From: Octopus vulgaris
Taxonomy: Eukaryota
DNA length: 64,000 nt
Assembly (NCBI GenBank): GCA_951406725.2
Contig: OX597838.1
Coordinates: 41,044,001-41,108,000, forward strand
Reading direction: 5' to 3'
Both the position numbers and the translations under genes were made by a program. This document shows positions 11,041 to 21,977 of the stretch, in pieces. Under the pieces are notes generated by a model that made no database searches, had not been told where the DNA came from, and saw only the letters and a list, made by a program, of their open reading frames with translations. Each line of letters begins with the position of its first letter. Position 1 is the first letter of the stretch.

Positions 11041-12553
11041 GCCAAAGCGCAATATTTGAGCAATTTTGATATTCAACTTCAAAAAAGGACGTAAAGCAGT
11101 TGAAACTGCTCGCGATATCAACGAAACATTTGGTGAGGAAATGACCAGTGAGTGGTCAGCTCAAGAATGGTTTAAACGATTTCGTAGTGGAGACCTGAGC
11201 CTTGAAGATAATAAGCAGAGTGGATCTTTTCGGTTTGAACGGCAGTTTTTAACATAATTTCTAGGTAACTAAAAACTTTTAAACTTCGAATACTGGGTAG
11301 AATGTGTTTATAAAACATCTTTTTCTCTTGGCTTTATTGAGAAAATTCTATAATTTGTAAGATATTTGGTCTTTAATTACTTGCATTTCGGCAATTTCAA
11401 CCAATAAAATAGGTCTATTGAGGTAAAAAAAACATTCTGTGCCGTATGAATATGTCCCTCGTTTAAGAAACAGATTGGGTTTATTTACATTTTAGAAGAA
11501 AAAAAGATACCCTTCCCCCACCCCTAACTAACCCTAACCCTAAAACAGATTGAAATACAATAGATCGATACTAGGCTCATAATTGTGGGTGACAATTTCA
11601 TATGACACCGCTAGAAAAAACAGCCGTTCAAACCGAAAAGATCCAGCAGAGTGGATGCCCATCTGTCACCAATGATGGTCAATTAAAGACCGTTGTTGAG
11701 AAAGATCCATGTAAAACCACTCATGAACTGGCAAAAGAACTCCAAGTTAGCCAGAAAACTGCCTGCAACCATTTGCATGCAATCGGAAAACGAAAAAAGC
11801 TCAACAAATGGTTACCCCATGATTTGAATGAAAGTGAGAAACTGCACAGATATGAAATTTGCTCCTCGCTTCTTCTCTGTAAGCAGACCAATCCATTTCT
11901 CAACCGTATCGTAACTTGCGATGAAAAGGGTTTTCTGTACAATAATGAAAAAATGTTCTTCGCAGTGGTTGGACCAATATGAAGTACCAAAAAGCTTCCC
12001 TAAAGCTGAGCTCTCAAAAAAAAGGTTATGGTGACTGGTGGTGTACAACTGGACTCATCCACCATAACATCTTAAAACCTGGTAAAACCATTCCTGAAGA
12101 AACATATTGCCATGAAATTGTCAAAATGAATGAAAAACTGCTACTCGTCCTTCTCAGACTTGTCAACAGAAGAGGGCCAATCATTCTTCAATCACACATT
12201 TCACTAACAACACCCAAAGAAGTTGAGGGAACTTGGCTACAAACTTCTTCCCCGCCCAGCTTATTCCCCTGACCTTTCTGCTATAGACTACCACTTTTTC
12301 AAGCACTTTGATGGTTTCCTGCAAGAGAAAGAGTCCAAAAATCAAACCGATGCCGAATGTGCATTCAAAGAGTTCATCAGCTCCAGAACTCCAGATTTTT
12401 ATGTTACCAGAATGAACAAACTTGTAGCTCGTTGGCAAAAATATGTTGATTGTAATGGTACTTACTTTGATGAATAAAATTTCCCCATTATTGAAATATA
12501 TTGTGATGAATTTCATGTTTCAAAACGTTGCTTACTTTTTACTCAGCTTAATA
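11041..12553 (+). pseudogene. Mariner transposase pseudogene interrupted by a MITE
   Basis: Fragments WFKRFRSGDLSLED, WLPHDL, RIVTCDEK and YSPDLSAIDYHFF lie in shifted frames; right TIR-like end ttactttttactcagcttaaTA; left end missing. Confidence 0.92.
11222..11644 (-). mobile_element. GGATC-TIR MITE inserted in the mariner ORF
   Basis: Both TIRs; exact 8-bp TSD AGCAGAGT (11214-11221, 11645-11652). Confidence 0.92.
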
Positions 12554-13084
12554 AATATATATATATATATATATATATGAGCAAAAGGCCCCCACCCCCG
12601 TCCAATGGATGGTGCTGAGTTGTCAAACATTTAAACCAAATTTTCTCAAAACAACTTGTCCAACCGTCCCATAGGCCTCCCCTTTGAGAAATACTGATTT
12701 AACCTAAATTTGAGACACCAGCAAAAGAAGAAATAAAGATAGACTTTTTTTCTATTCCAAAGAAAAAGATTTCCCACGTCTTTATCGATCACATTCTCAG
12801 CTGGAATCGATTTTTGTAATTTTTTCAAGACTTATACACACCCTGATACCGTTAGTATCTACATATCAAATTTGAGCGCAATCAGATGGAGAATGCCCGA
12901 GATCCTAGAAGCCACATACACACACACAGAACAGATTTTATATAATATATATATAAGTTCAGCAAAAATTTAGATTCAAATGAATATGGTACTTAATTTA
13001 GATGCACCAGAATTCTGTATGGTGTTATCCATAAAAATCCGTGGGGTGATTATAATCAAAATAAGCAACAAGAATGACTCCGGA

Positions 13085-13175
13085 AATTTGGTACGATCGT
13101 TTCATACTACATCATTTTATTAAATGTTGTAAGTATTACAACAGTTTTAAAATACTGAGCACTCATCAGCCAATT
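13085..13175 (-). ncRNA. Type I hammerhead ribozyme motif
   Basis: Minus strand ttgg-CTGATGA-(long stem II)-GAAAC-gatc-GTA-ccaa. Confidence 0.85.
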
Positions 13176-14141
13176 ATAGAGGTTTTCCATTAATACAAAA
13201 ATTTTCATATCAAGTGGCATCATTATAGAGAAGGTAGATACATAGACAAAGATGTGGATTTAAATTTTAAGAACATTTGAGGTAGTGGAGCCCATCAACT
13301 GACTGACTAAGATTCAGTTGTTCCAGACTACTGTAAGGTTCTGAGAGGGAAGAACAAAGGAAAGGAGACAATAAAGATTTTCTAATTATAGAAAAGGGGT
13401 AAAGGGGATGTCATAGCTCCATATAAGGAATTTATGTAGAAGACAGCATTGTCACAACTAAATGCCAATTACTACTATTTGATGAACAGATTCAGCGTTA
13501 GGAGAACTAGGTCAATGTCAAATGGTCACAATAACATTCACAGAGAATGCAGAGACCTTACAAACCCTATGCATATCAACACAACAGTTGGTCTATAAGT
13601 TCCAAGTACTTTGAGACGTTAGAATAAGGGAAAAAATATAACTCTAAAATTTATTCAAATTTGGAGAAAGAAACTGTCACTTATTATGAGTAGGCATAGT
13701 ACTTATTAACTGGGGGAAAAAGCCTTATTAATCATGTGAACATATTAGGGGTCAAAATATATACTAAGAAAGATGGAAGAGGGAAAATCAAAGAAGGAAG
13801 ATATTCATAGGTTTAGTAGAAGGCGATATTTTATAATATGAAGAGAGATAATTTAGAAGAGTAAATTATTCAGATTTCATGGATAGTGAGTTAAAATATA
13901 GGATCTATTGGAAATAAAATTTACTACCTGCGGATAAAAGTTAATTAGTTAGGTAAAAATATCTTATGTTAATTATATATTAAGAAATGGGAGTGAGATA
14001 ATCATGATGAACCAAATAATTACCCTAGGGACATAGGATTAATACCACTTAGTATTGGAGAACATTATAAAAAAGAAGAATTTAATTCTAAGTTTGTTGC
14101 CACTTGATATGAAAATTTTTGTATCAATGGAAAACCTCTAT

Positions 14142-14232
14142 AATTGGCTGATGAGTGCTCAGCATTTTAAAACTGTTGTAATACTTACAACATTTAATAA
14201 AATGATGTAGTACGAAACGATCGTACCAAATT
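14142..14232 (+). ncRNA. Type I hammerhead ribozyme motif (inverted copy)
   Basis: ttgg-CTGATGA-gtgct..catttta..tgttgtaa(tac)ttacaaca..taaaatg..agtac-GAAAC-gatc-GTA-ccaa. Confidence 0.87.
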
Positions 14233-14530
14233 ACCGGAGTCATTCTTGTTGCTTATTTTGAGTTGGCTTCACAGACTTCAGTTGAACCGTCCAACCCATG
14301 CTAGCATGGAAAGCGGATGCTAAATGATGATGATGATATATATATATATATATATATATCATCATCATCATCATCATCATCGTTTAGCGTCCGCTTTCCA
14401 TGCTAGCATGGGTTGGACGGGTCAACTGGGGTCTGTGAAGCTGGAAGGCTTCGTCAGGCCCAGTCAGATCTGGCAGTGTTTCTACGGCTGGATGCCCTTC
14501 CTAACGCCAACCACTCCGCGAGTGTAGTGG

Positions 14531-15203
14531 GTGTTTTTTACGTGCCACCTGCACAGGTGCCAGACAGAGCTGGCGAACGGCCACGAACGGATGGTGCTTT
14601 TACGTGTCACCGGCACGGGGCCAGGCGATGCTGGCAACGGACACGAACGGATGGTGCTTTTACGTGCCACCGACACGGGGCCAGACAGAGCTGGCAAACG
14701 GCCACGAATGGACGGTGCTTTTACGTGTCACCGGCACGGGGGCCAGCCGAGGCTGGCAACGGACGCGAACGGATGGTGCTTTTACGTGCCACCGACACGG
14801 TTGCCAGACAGAGCTGGCAAACGGCCACGAGCGGACGGTGCTTTTACGTGTCACCGGCACGGGGGCCAGCCGAGGCTGGCAACGGACACGAACGGATGGT
14901 GCTTTTACATGCCACCGACACGGGGCCAGACAGAGCTGGCAAATGGCCACGAACGGATGGTGCTTTTACGTGCCACCGACACGGGGCCAGACAGAGCTGG
15001 CAAACGGCCACAAACGGACGGTGCTTTTACGTGTCACCGGCATGGGGCCAGGCGAGGCTGGCAACGAACACGAACGGATGGTGCTTTTACGTGCCACCGA
15101 CACGGGGCCAGGCAGAGCTGGCAAACGGCCGCGAGCGAATGGTGCTTTTACGTATCACCGGCACGGGTGCCAGACGTGGCTGACAGCGGACACGAACGGA
15201 TGG
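14531..15203. repeat. Tandem array of about 11 x 61-bp GC-rich units in two alternating variants
   Basis: Marker ggtgcttttac recurs at 14593, 14653, 14714, 14775, 14837, 14898, 14959, 15020, 15080 and 15141. Confidence 0.95.
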
Positions 15204-15250
15204 GTCACTTAACCCCTGCTTTCTGATATATGATTTGATTTTGATTGTTC

Positions 15251-16825
15251 TCACTGGTCTTGCCGGGTCTTCTCACGCACAGCATACTTCCATAGGTCTC
15301 GGTCTCTGGTCATTTCCTTGGTGAGACCTAGAGTTCGAAGGTCGTGCTTCACCACCTCGACCCAGGTTTTCCTGGGTCTACCTCTTCCACAGGTCCCTTC
15401 AACTGCCAGGGTGTGGCACTTTTTCACACACCTATCTTCATCCATTCTCACCACATGACCATACCAGCGCAATCGTCTCTCTTGCACACAACATCTGATT
15501 CCTCTTAGGTCCAACTTTTCTCTCAAGGTACTTACACTCTGTCGACTATGAACACTGACATTACACATCCAATGGAGCATACTAGCTTCATTTCTCGCGA
15601 GCTTACGCATGTCCTCAGCAGTCACGGCCCATGTTTCACTGCCATGTAGCATGGCTGTTCGTACACATGCATCATACAGTCTGCCTTTTACTCTGAGCGA
15701 GAGGCCTTTAGTCACCAACAGAGGTAAGAGCTCCCTAAACTTTGCCCAGGCTATTCTTACTCTAGCCGTTACACTTTCAGCACACCCACCCCCACTACTG
15801 ACTTGGTCACCAAGATAACGGAAGCTATCAACTACTTCTAGTTTTTCCCCCTGGAAAGTGATGGAAGTTGTTTTCTGCAGATTTTCAGAGGTTAATGCTC
15901 CCGAGCATCTGCCACATACAAAAACCATCTTCCTAGTTAGCCTTCCTATGACATTGCTGCACCTCTTATGTGTCCATAGCTTACACTTGGTGCATCTTAT
16001 AGAGTTTCTACCTACACCTTTTCTACAGATCGAGCAGGGCCATCTACCTGAAGGCGTTTGTGATTTGTCTACCTTCCTACTTATTAGGACTTTGGTTTTA
16101 GCTAGGTTGACTCTAAGGCCCTTCGATTCTAAACCATGCTTCCACACCTGAAACTTCTTCTCCAGTTCTGATAATGACTCAGCAATTAGAGCAAGGTCAT
16201 CAGCATAGAGGAGCTCCCAGGGGCATCCTGTCTTGAATTCCTCCGTTATTGCCTGGAGGACTATGATAAATAGGAGGGGGCTGAGGACTGAGCCTTGGTG
16301 GACCCCTACCTCTACCCGGAATTCTTCACTGTACTCATTTCCAACCCTCACCTTACTAGCAGCATCCCTGTACATGGCTTGCACAGCTCTCACTAACCAT
16401 TCATCTATTCCTAGTTTCCTCATTGACCACCATATGAGGGATCGGGGGACCCTGTCGAAGGCTTTCTCCATGTCAACAAAAGCCAGGTACAAGGGCTTAT
16501 CTTTGGCTAGGTATTTCTCCTGCAGCTGCCTTACCAGGAATATAGCATCAGTGGTACTTTTCCCTGGCACGAAACCAAACTGCATCTCATCTAAACTAAC
16601 TCTCTCTCTAATTAGTTGGCTTATGACCCTCTCTGTAACCTTCATCACCTGATCCAACAGCTTGATACCTCTGTAATTATTTGTATCTAGGGCATCACCT
16701 TTACCTTTGTAGCAGTTGACTATTATGCTGCTACACCAGTCATTGGGTATGACTCCTTCATGTATCACCTGATTAACTATACAGGTGACTAGGCTATAGC
16801 CGACACTACCAGATATTTTGAGCAT
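15251..16825 (-). CDS. RTE-type reverse transcriptase (partial ORF) with internal C4HC3 PHD-like finger
   Basis: NYRGIKLL, QFGF, FVDMEKAFD, GVHQGSVLSP, LLYADD, FRYLG, MLHGSETW and RLRWYGHV motifs; CSIC..CTKC..HKRC..CGRC insert. Confidence 0.9.
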   Translation of the reverse strand: MLKISGSVGYSLVTCIVNQVIHEGVIPNDWCSSIIVNCYKGKGDALDTNNYRGIKLLDQVMKVTERVISQLIRERVSLDEMQFGFVPGKSTTDAIFLVRQLQEKYLAKDKPLYLAFVDMEKAFDRVPRSLIWWSMRKLGIDEWLVRAVQAMYRDAASKVRVGNEYSEEFRVEVGVHQGSVLSPLLFIIVLQAITEEFKTGCPWELLYADDLALIAESLSELEKKFQVWKHGLESKGLRVNLAKTKVLISRKVDKSQTPSGRWPCSICRKGVGRNSIRCTKCKLWTHKRCSNVIGRLTRKMVFVCGRCSGALTSENLQKTTSITFQGEKLEVVDSFRYLGDQVSSGGGCAESVTARVRIAWAKFRELLPLLVTKGLSLRVKGRLYDACVRTAMLHGSETWAVTAEDMRKLARNEASMLHWMCNVSVHSRQSVSTLREKLDLRGIRCCVQERRLRWYGHVVRMDEDRCVKKCHTLAVEGTCGRGRPRKTWVEVVKHDLRTLGLTKEMTRDRDLWKYAVREKTRQDQ

Positions 16826-17062
16826 CTCTGCAGTGATACCTGATGGGCCTGGGGCTTTCCTGTCTTCATGCTTCTAATTGCCTTAGCTACTAAGGAACTA
16901 TCAACCCTGATAGCTGGTCCCTCTGTTGGGTCAACGTTCGGCAGACCCTCTTTATCCCATTCATTTTCTTTATTCAGCAACCTATATATATATATTTATC
17001 AAATATATATATTTATCAAATATATATATTTATCAAAAGAAAAACAGGATGCAAAGGGTTTT

Positions 17063-17149
17063 GCGGTACATATGTTTCTGGCTTTATTGAACAATTTCTA
17101 TCAATGCATAATTGATATAACATGTAGGTCAACAGCTTTCTTCAGCCAC
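17063..17149 (-). ncRNA. Type I hammerhead ribozyme motif in a Penelope-like fragment (about 16985-17400)
   Basis: Minus strand gtgg-CTGAAGA-a-agctgttga..tatcaat(tatgc)attgata..tcaataaagcc-a-GAAAC-atat-GTA-ccgc. Confidence 0.8.
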
Positions 17150-17401
17150 GTACAATTACCACACCAAAGACATATATTACATTATAGCAGGTTTGAGAAA
17201 AAGTTTGGGAAAAAACCGAGTTTCATTGGGAAGGTAAATCCTCATAGTCGTATACGGCATTGCGAGACACCAAAACAAAACGTCCATACCGTTTTTCACT
17301 CGATAAAGAACGAGGGGTTTGGATGTTGAGAGAAAGAGGTGGAAGGGGGTGAATCTTTAATGAAGTTGGGATCATAAAGAGGAAAAAGTATATGTATAAA
17401 T

Positions 17402-17630
17402 TTAACCTTTTAGTGTTCACGTTATTCTGCCAAAATTAATGCTTTTTTTATCCACATTGTGTTGAACTAATCATGCATTATCTTGTAGCTATGAGATTTT
17501 GATGAGGTAGCTGTTAATTTTAAAATGATATTGTAGGGCTGGTGTGAGAGACCAGAGCTGACCAGTTTGACCATAAAACAGGCAGAATACTTTTGGCCGG
17601 ATATGGCCGGTTTAAATGCTAAAGGGTTAA
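17402..17630. mobile_element. piggyBac-like MITE (second family)
   Basis: TTAA-cct(t)ttag ... ctaaaggg-TTAA; related copies at 22409-22637 and 57221-57439. Confidence 0.7.
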
Positions 17631-17838
17631 ACATGATTATACAGGACAATAGTAAGTGCAAAATGTAATAAAAGAGTAAAGATGTAAATGAATAAGTATA
17701 TAAAGATCCAAAGGATGTCATGTATATGGTCATAAATTCTAGAAATGTATTGTGACAGCATAGAAGGTACCAGACCTAAAGGGTAAGGAGTAAAATGCAA
17801 AGTAAAAAATATCAGGGAAATAAAAATAAAGATAAAGA

Positions 17839-18233
17839 AGCAGGAGTGGCTGTGTGGTAAGTAGCTTGCTAACCAACCACATGGTTCCGGGTTCAGTCCC
17901 ACTGCGTGGCACCTTGGGCAAGTGTCTTCTACTATAGCCTCGGGCCGACCAAAGCCTTGTGAGTGGATTTGGTAGACAGAAACTGAAAGAAGCCCGTCGT
18001 ATATATATTTCTTTACTACCCACAAGGGGCTAAACACAGAGGGGACAAACAAGGACAGACAAACGGATTAAGTCGATTACATCAACCCCAGTGCGTAACT
18101 GGTACTTAATTTATCGACCCCGAAAGGATGAAAGGCAAAGTGAACCTCGGCGGAATTTGAACTCAGAACGTAACGGTGGACGAAATACGGCTTCGCATTT
18201 CGCCCGGCATGCTAACGTTTCTGCCAGCTCACC

Positions 18234-18321
<88 letters not shown>

Positions 18322-18533
18322 TTGTGCGTCTGTGTTTGTCCTCCTAGCATTGCTTGACAACCGATGCTGGTGTGTTTATGTCCCCGTCACTTAGCGGTTC
18401 GGCAAAAGAGATCGATAGAATAAGTACTGGGCTTAGAAAAGAATAAGTCCCGGGGTCGAGTTGCTTGATTAAAGGCGGTGCTCCAGCATGGCCACAGTCA
18501 AATGACTGAAACAAGTAAAAGAGAATAAAAGAG
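17839..18533 (+). mobile_element. SINE A with an antisense SINE B (18006-18234) nested in its central TA tract
   Basis: SINE A 5' half, SINE B reverse complement, long (TA)n, then SINE A 3' half. Confidence 0.88.
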
Positions 18534-18685
18534 TAAGCGAAAAAATAAAGACGAAAAATAAAAAGATAAAAGGATAAAGGATAAAAAAATGAAGAAGTGG
18601 ACATAAAGATAAAGTGAGATAAGAATAAAGAGACACAGAAAAATACAAGGCAGATAGAGATGATGGGTTAGGATGGTGAGTGTCG

Positions 18686-18725
<40 letters not shown>

Positions 18726-18806
18726 GAAATGAGGTAATCAGAAGATCAGATGGTTTATATTTACAGATCTTTATTTATATATTACATTTTTTACATATAT
18801 ATCATA

Positions 18807-19340
18807 CAAGCAGCATAGCCCGGCGTTGCCCTGGTATGTAAGAGCCCCTAGTAGGCAACGACTAATCCCAATCTAGTCCTTTCCCTCTAGTGAACGAAGG
18901 CGCATGTGTAGGTTGCAATGTCCTTTGTGTATACAATGTTCCTAGTTGTCCCTTTGGGCGAAAACGCGATTTCCCAAAATGTCATGATTTTATCGATTTT
19001 TTCTGATGGTAAGGTATTGCATGGAAAACTAACGTCAGAATTAAGTTTCTTAGGGTAACATTAAGCTTCACCATGAGTTTGGTGAAAATCGATTGCAAGT
19101 TGCAAAAACTACAACAGAAAATGTGTTGCATATAAAAAGCTTAGATTCTCGACCCCATGTCGAATATATCGATTTTTTCAGAACTGGGGGAACTTTTCAA
19201 AATTTTTGCTGCGTTAGTTTTGAATTATGACATTGGGCTATGTGTGTGTCAAGTTTCATCAGAATCGGTTGAAAGCCGTAGTCAGGGTGAGGGTACAACC
19301 TAACAGACACACAGACAGACAAACTGCCGTTTATATATAT
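18807..19340 (-). mobile_element. Non-autonomous Helitron-like element
   Basis: Same family as 51082-51529; subterminal cccggcgttgccctgg hairpin and (ACAG)n near the other end. Confidence 0.7.
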
Positions 19341-19406
19341 CATATCACTTAGATCATTAGCGCTATCACTTTCACTTTCACTTAGCGCTATCACTTAGAT
19401 CATTAG

Positions 19407-19449
<43 letters not shown>

Positions 19450-19457
<8 letters not shown>

Positions 19458-19770
19458 CCAATTAAGGACTGAACACGAAAAGTGGACAGTCAACATGCTA
19501 GATATAGACGTCAAATCGCCATTCACCACAAAAGATTATGTTCTCAGATCAAACTCAACACAAAACCATATGGTTTTGTGTTGAGTTTGATCTGAGAACA
19601 TAATCTTTTGTGGTGAATGGCGATTTGACGTCTATATCTAGCATGTTGACTGTCCACTTTTCGTGTTCAGTCCTTAATTGGTATATATAAATATTTTAAT
19701 CTTCGGATTCTTTTTTAATATGCTAGACCACTGGTCTTAATTGATAAATATCAATTTCTACCCTTAATTA

Positions 19771-19775
<5 letters not shown>
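19450..19775 (+). mobile_element. Perfect 240-bp palindrome plus tail in (TA)n, probable truncated Penelope-like end
   Basis: Arms 19450-19569 and 19570-19689 with no loop and no mismatch seen; tail 19690-19775; homologous to 34203-34502. Confidence 0.75.
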
Positions 19776-19809
<34 letters not shown>

Positions 19810-20268
19810 GTGGGGCAAAATTAGTAACCAAGATAAAATGTGCAATATTCTAATTTCTTGCTATTTCCTCCCTACCTGTTTAAATTCGTTACACTACAAG
19901 CTTTACATCATTTTGTATTGTTGCCTCATTTTTAGGGGTAAAAATTGGCCAGCATAGTTGTAGTTGTTGTTGAAGATGGGAGACTTTGAAACAGTCAGGT
20001 AACAAGTAGTTTGGGTTTTTTTTTTCAAGAAATTTTTCTTCAACTTTGACTGGATTGTAATTGAAGTTGCTTATAAAATATTTGGATAATTTTTGATGTT
20101 TAACAATCAATATTCTTTTCTCCATTGGATTCCAGGTCAGATTTTTTCTTTCCACACTTATGTCTAATTTGACCATTTTCAATTTTCAAAAAAATGATGT
20201 CTGAGATGGGGTAAAATGAGCTCTGACTTTATGAGTGGATTTGGTAGATGGAAAGTGAAAGAAGCTGG

Positions 20269-20341
<73 letters not shown>

Positions 20342-20740
20342 TCTTTATATATAAAAGAGAAGTTGTGTGTCTGTCTCCTACGATTTAGATTCCTAACTAC
20401 TCCCACATTTTGCGGTGCAGTTTAACCAAAACCGGGTATCTTATAGTCGTGATTCATATCGAGCCCTTCTGGGTATTAGCGTGCGTCTACGATGAGTCTA
20501 CGATTTAAAAAAAAAATTACCATAATTTTTTTCCATTTTAATGCATTTTTTCGCTATTATATAAGGGAAGTAACTCTCTAAAAATGTCTACGATGAGTCA
20601 ACGATTAAAAAAAAAAAAATTACCATCATTTTCTTTCCATTTTTAATGCATTTTTTTGCTATTTTTTGGCTATAACTCTCTAAAAATGCTTTATAGTTAT
20701 TTCCCTTACAAACCCGAGCAACGCCGGGCGATACTGCTAG
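20342..20740 (+). mobile_element. Non-autonomous Helitron-like element
   Basis: A|TC...cccgagcaacgccggg...CTAG|T; second copy at 33802-34193. Confidence 0.8.
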
Positions 20741-21050
20741 TTAATAATAAAAGTTTATTTGTATTATTTTATTTATGCAGTTTGGTACAAAAGCTGATTT
20801 ATTCCTGATCTGTGTGTGGAGGGTATAAGTCCTGGGGTCGATTTGCTCGACTAAAGGCGGTGCTCCAGCATGGCCTCAGTCAAATGACTGAAACAAGTAA
20901 AAGAGTAATAATCCAAGTCAGTGAAATTGTTTAACTGAAAAAAGAAAAATGGTGCCTGGAATGAGAATATCTTGTTGGACTCCTGACTGAGTTAGCTCCC
21001 TTCATTCAAAAAACCGCTTTCCTTCCATTTTTTTTTTTTCCTCCACAATA

Positions 21051-21459
21051 CTCTTTACTCTTTTACTTGTTTCAGTCATTTGACTGTGGCCATGCTGGAG
21101 CACCGCCTTTAGTCTAGCAAATCGACCCCGGGACTTATTCTTTGTAAGCCCAGTACTTATTCTATCGGTCTCTCTTTTGCCGAACCGCTAAGTGACGGGG
21201 ACGTAAACACACCAGCATCGGTTGTCAAGCAATGCTAGAGGGACAAACACAGACACACAAACATATACATACACATACATATATATACATATATACGACA
21301 GGCTTCTTTCAGTTTCCGTCTACTAAATCCACTCACAAGGCATTGGTCGGCCCGAGGCTGTAGCAGAAGACACTTGCCCAAGATGCCACGCAGTGGGACT
21401 GAACCCAGAACCATGTGGTTGGTAGGCAAGCTACTTACCACACAGCCACTCCTGCGCCT
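21051..21459 (-). mobile_element. SINE family A
   Basis: Full-length reverse-complement copy. Confidence 0.9.
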
Positions 21460-21656
21460 ATGTCAATAAAATTTATTGAAGTAAGAGCAGAAAGCTGGCA
21501 GAATCATTAGCACACAGGGCAAAATGATTAGCAGAATTTCAATCCATCTCATTACTTTCTCAGTTCAAATTCTGTTGAGGTCAACTTTGCTTTTCATCCT
21601 TTCAGGATTGATAAAATAAGTACCAGTTGAGAACTGGGGTCGATGTAATCAACTCA

Positions 21657-21812
21657 CATCATCATCATCATTGTTTGACCATGGTCGAGACAATGGAATT
21701 TACCATGCTACGCCAGACTTCACGGTCATCATGGCATTATGGAGGTCCTGTTGCTGGATGCCTGTATCCCTGGAGATTACATCAGGGTAGGAGAGTGTAT
21801 GCCCTCTGGCAT
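21657..21812 (-). mobile_element. Short RTE 3' end (SIVSTTVEQ family)
   Basis: Matches 2911-3060. Confidence 0.8.
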
Positions 21813-21977
21813 CAACTCACCCTCACTTTATTGCTACAAAACCAATAAAAATGGAAACAGAAATAAAAGAATGCCTTACTTGTCTTTCTGTTACTCAGTT
21901 ACTGTTACACTATTAGAAACCAACACTATTCCAACCAGAATTACTCTGTAGTCCTCACCTGTACAATTAATCTCACC

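Larger units (their letters stand above)
12955..14261 (-). mobile_element. Penelope-like element remnant with inverted pseudo-LTRs
   Basis: 164-bp inverted repeats 13056-13219 and 14098-14261 (about four mismatches), each holding a hammerhead; one-sided tail of about 100 bp ending in TA repeats; no ORF of 60 aa or more in the spacer. Confidence 0.75.
14359..16982 (-). mobile_element. 5'-truncated RTE-clade LINE with long 3' UTR and (GAT)n tail
   Basis: RT ORF 15251..16825, a frameshifted upstream piece to about 16980, then about 900 bp of 3' UTR whose terminal part recurs many times in the window. Confidence 0.9.

Noticed and set aside
14531-15203. CRISPR-like periodicity (also 28750-28945)
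   Set aside because: No unique spacers, no cas genes, eukaryotic context.
14413-15226. Three overlapping ORFs of 200-256 aa
   Set aside because: Stop-poor 61-bp tandem repeat cycling through frames on the antisense strand of a LINE UTR; no protein signature.
19889-20182. 97-aa ORF as a host gene
   Set aside because: No clear homology; adjoins a Tc1/mariner-like end (TA-ggggtggggcaaaa) and is more likely a decayed transposon.
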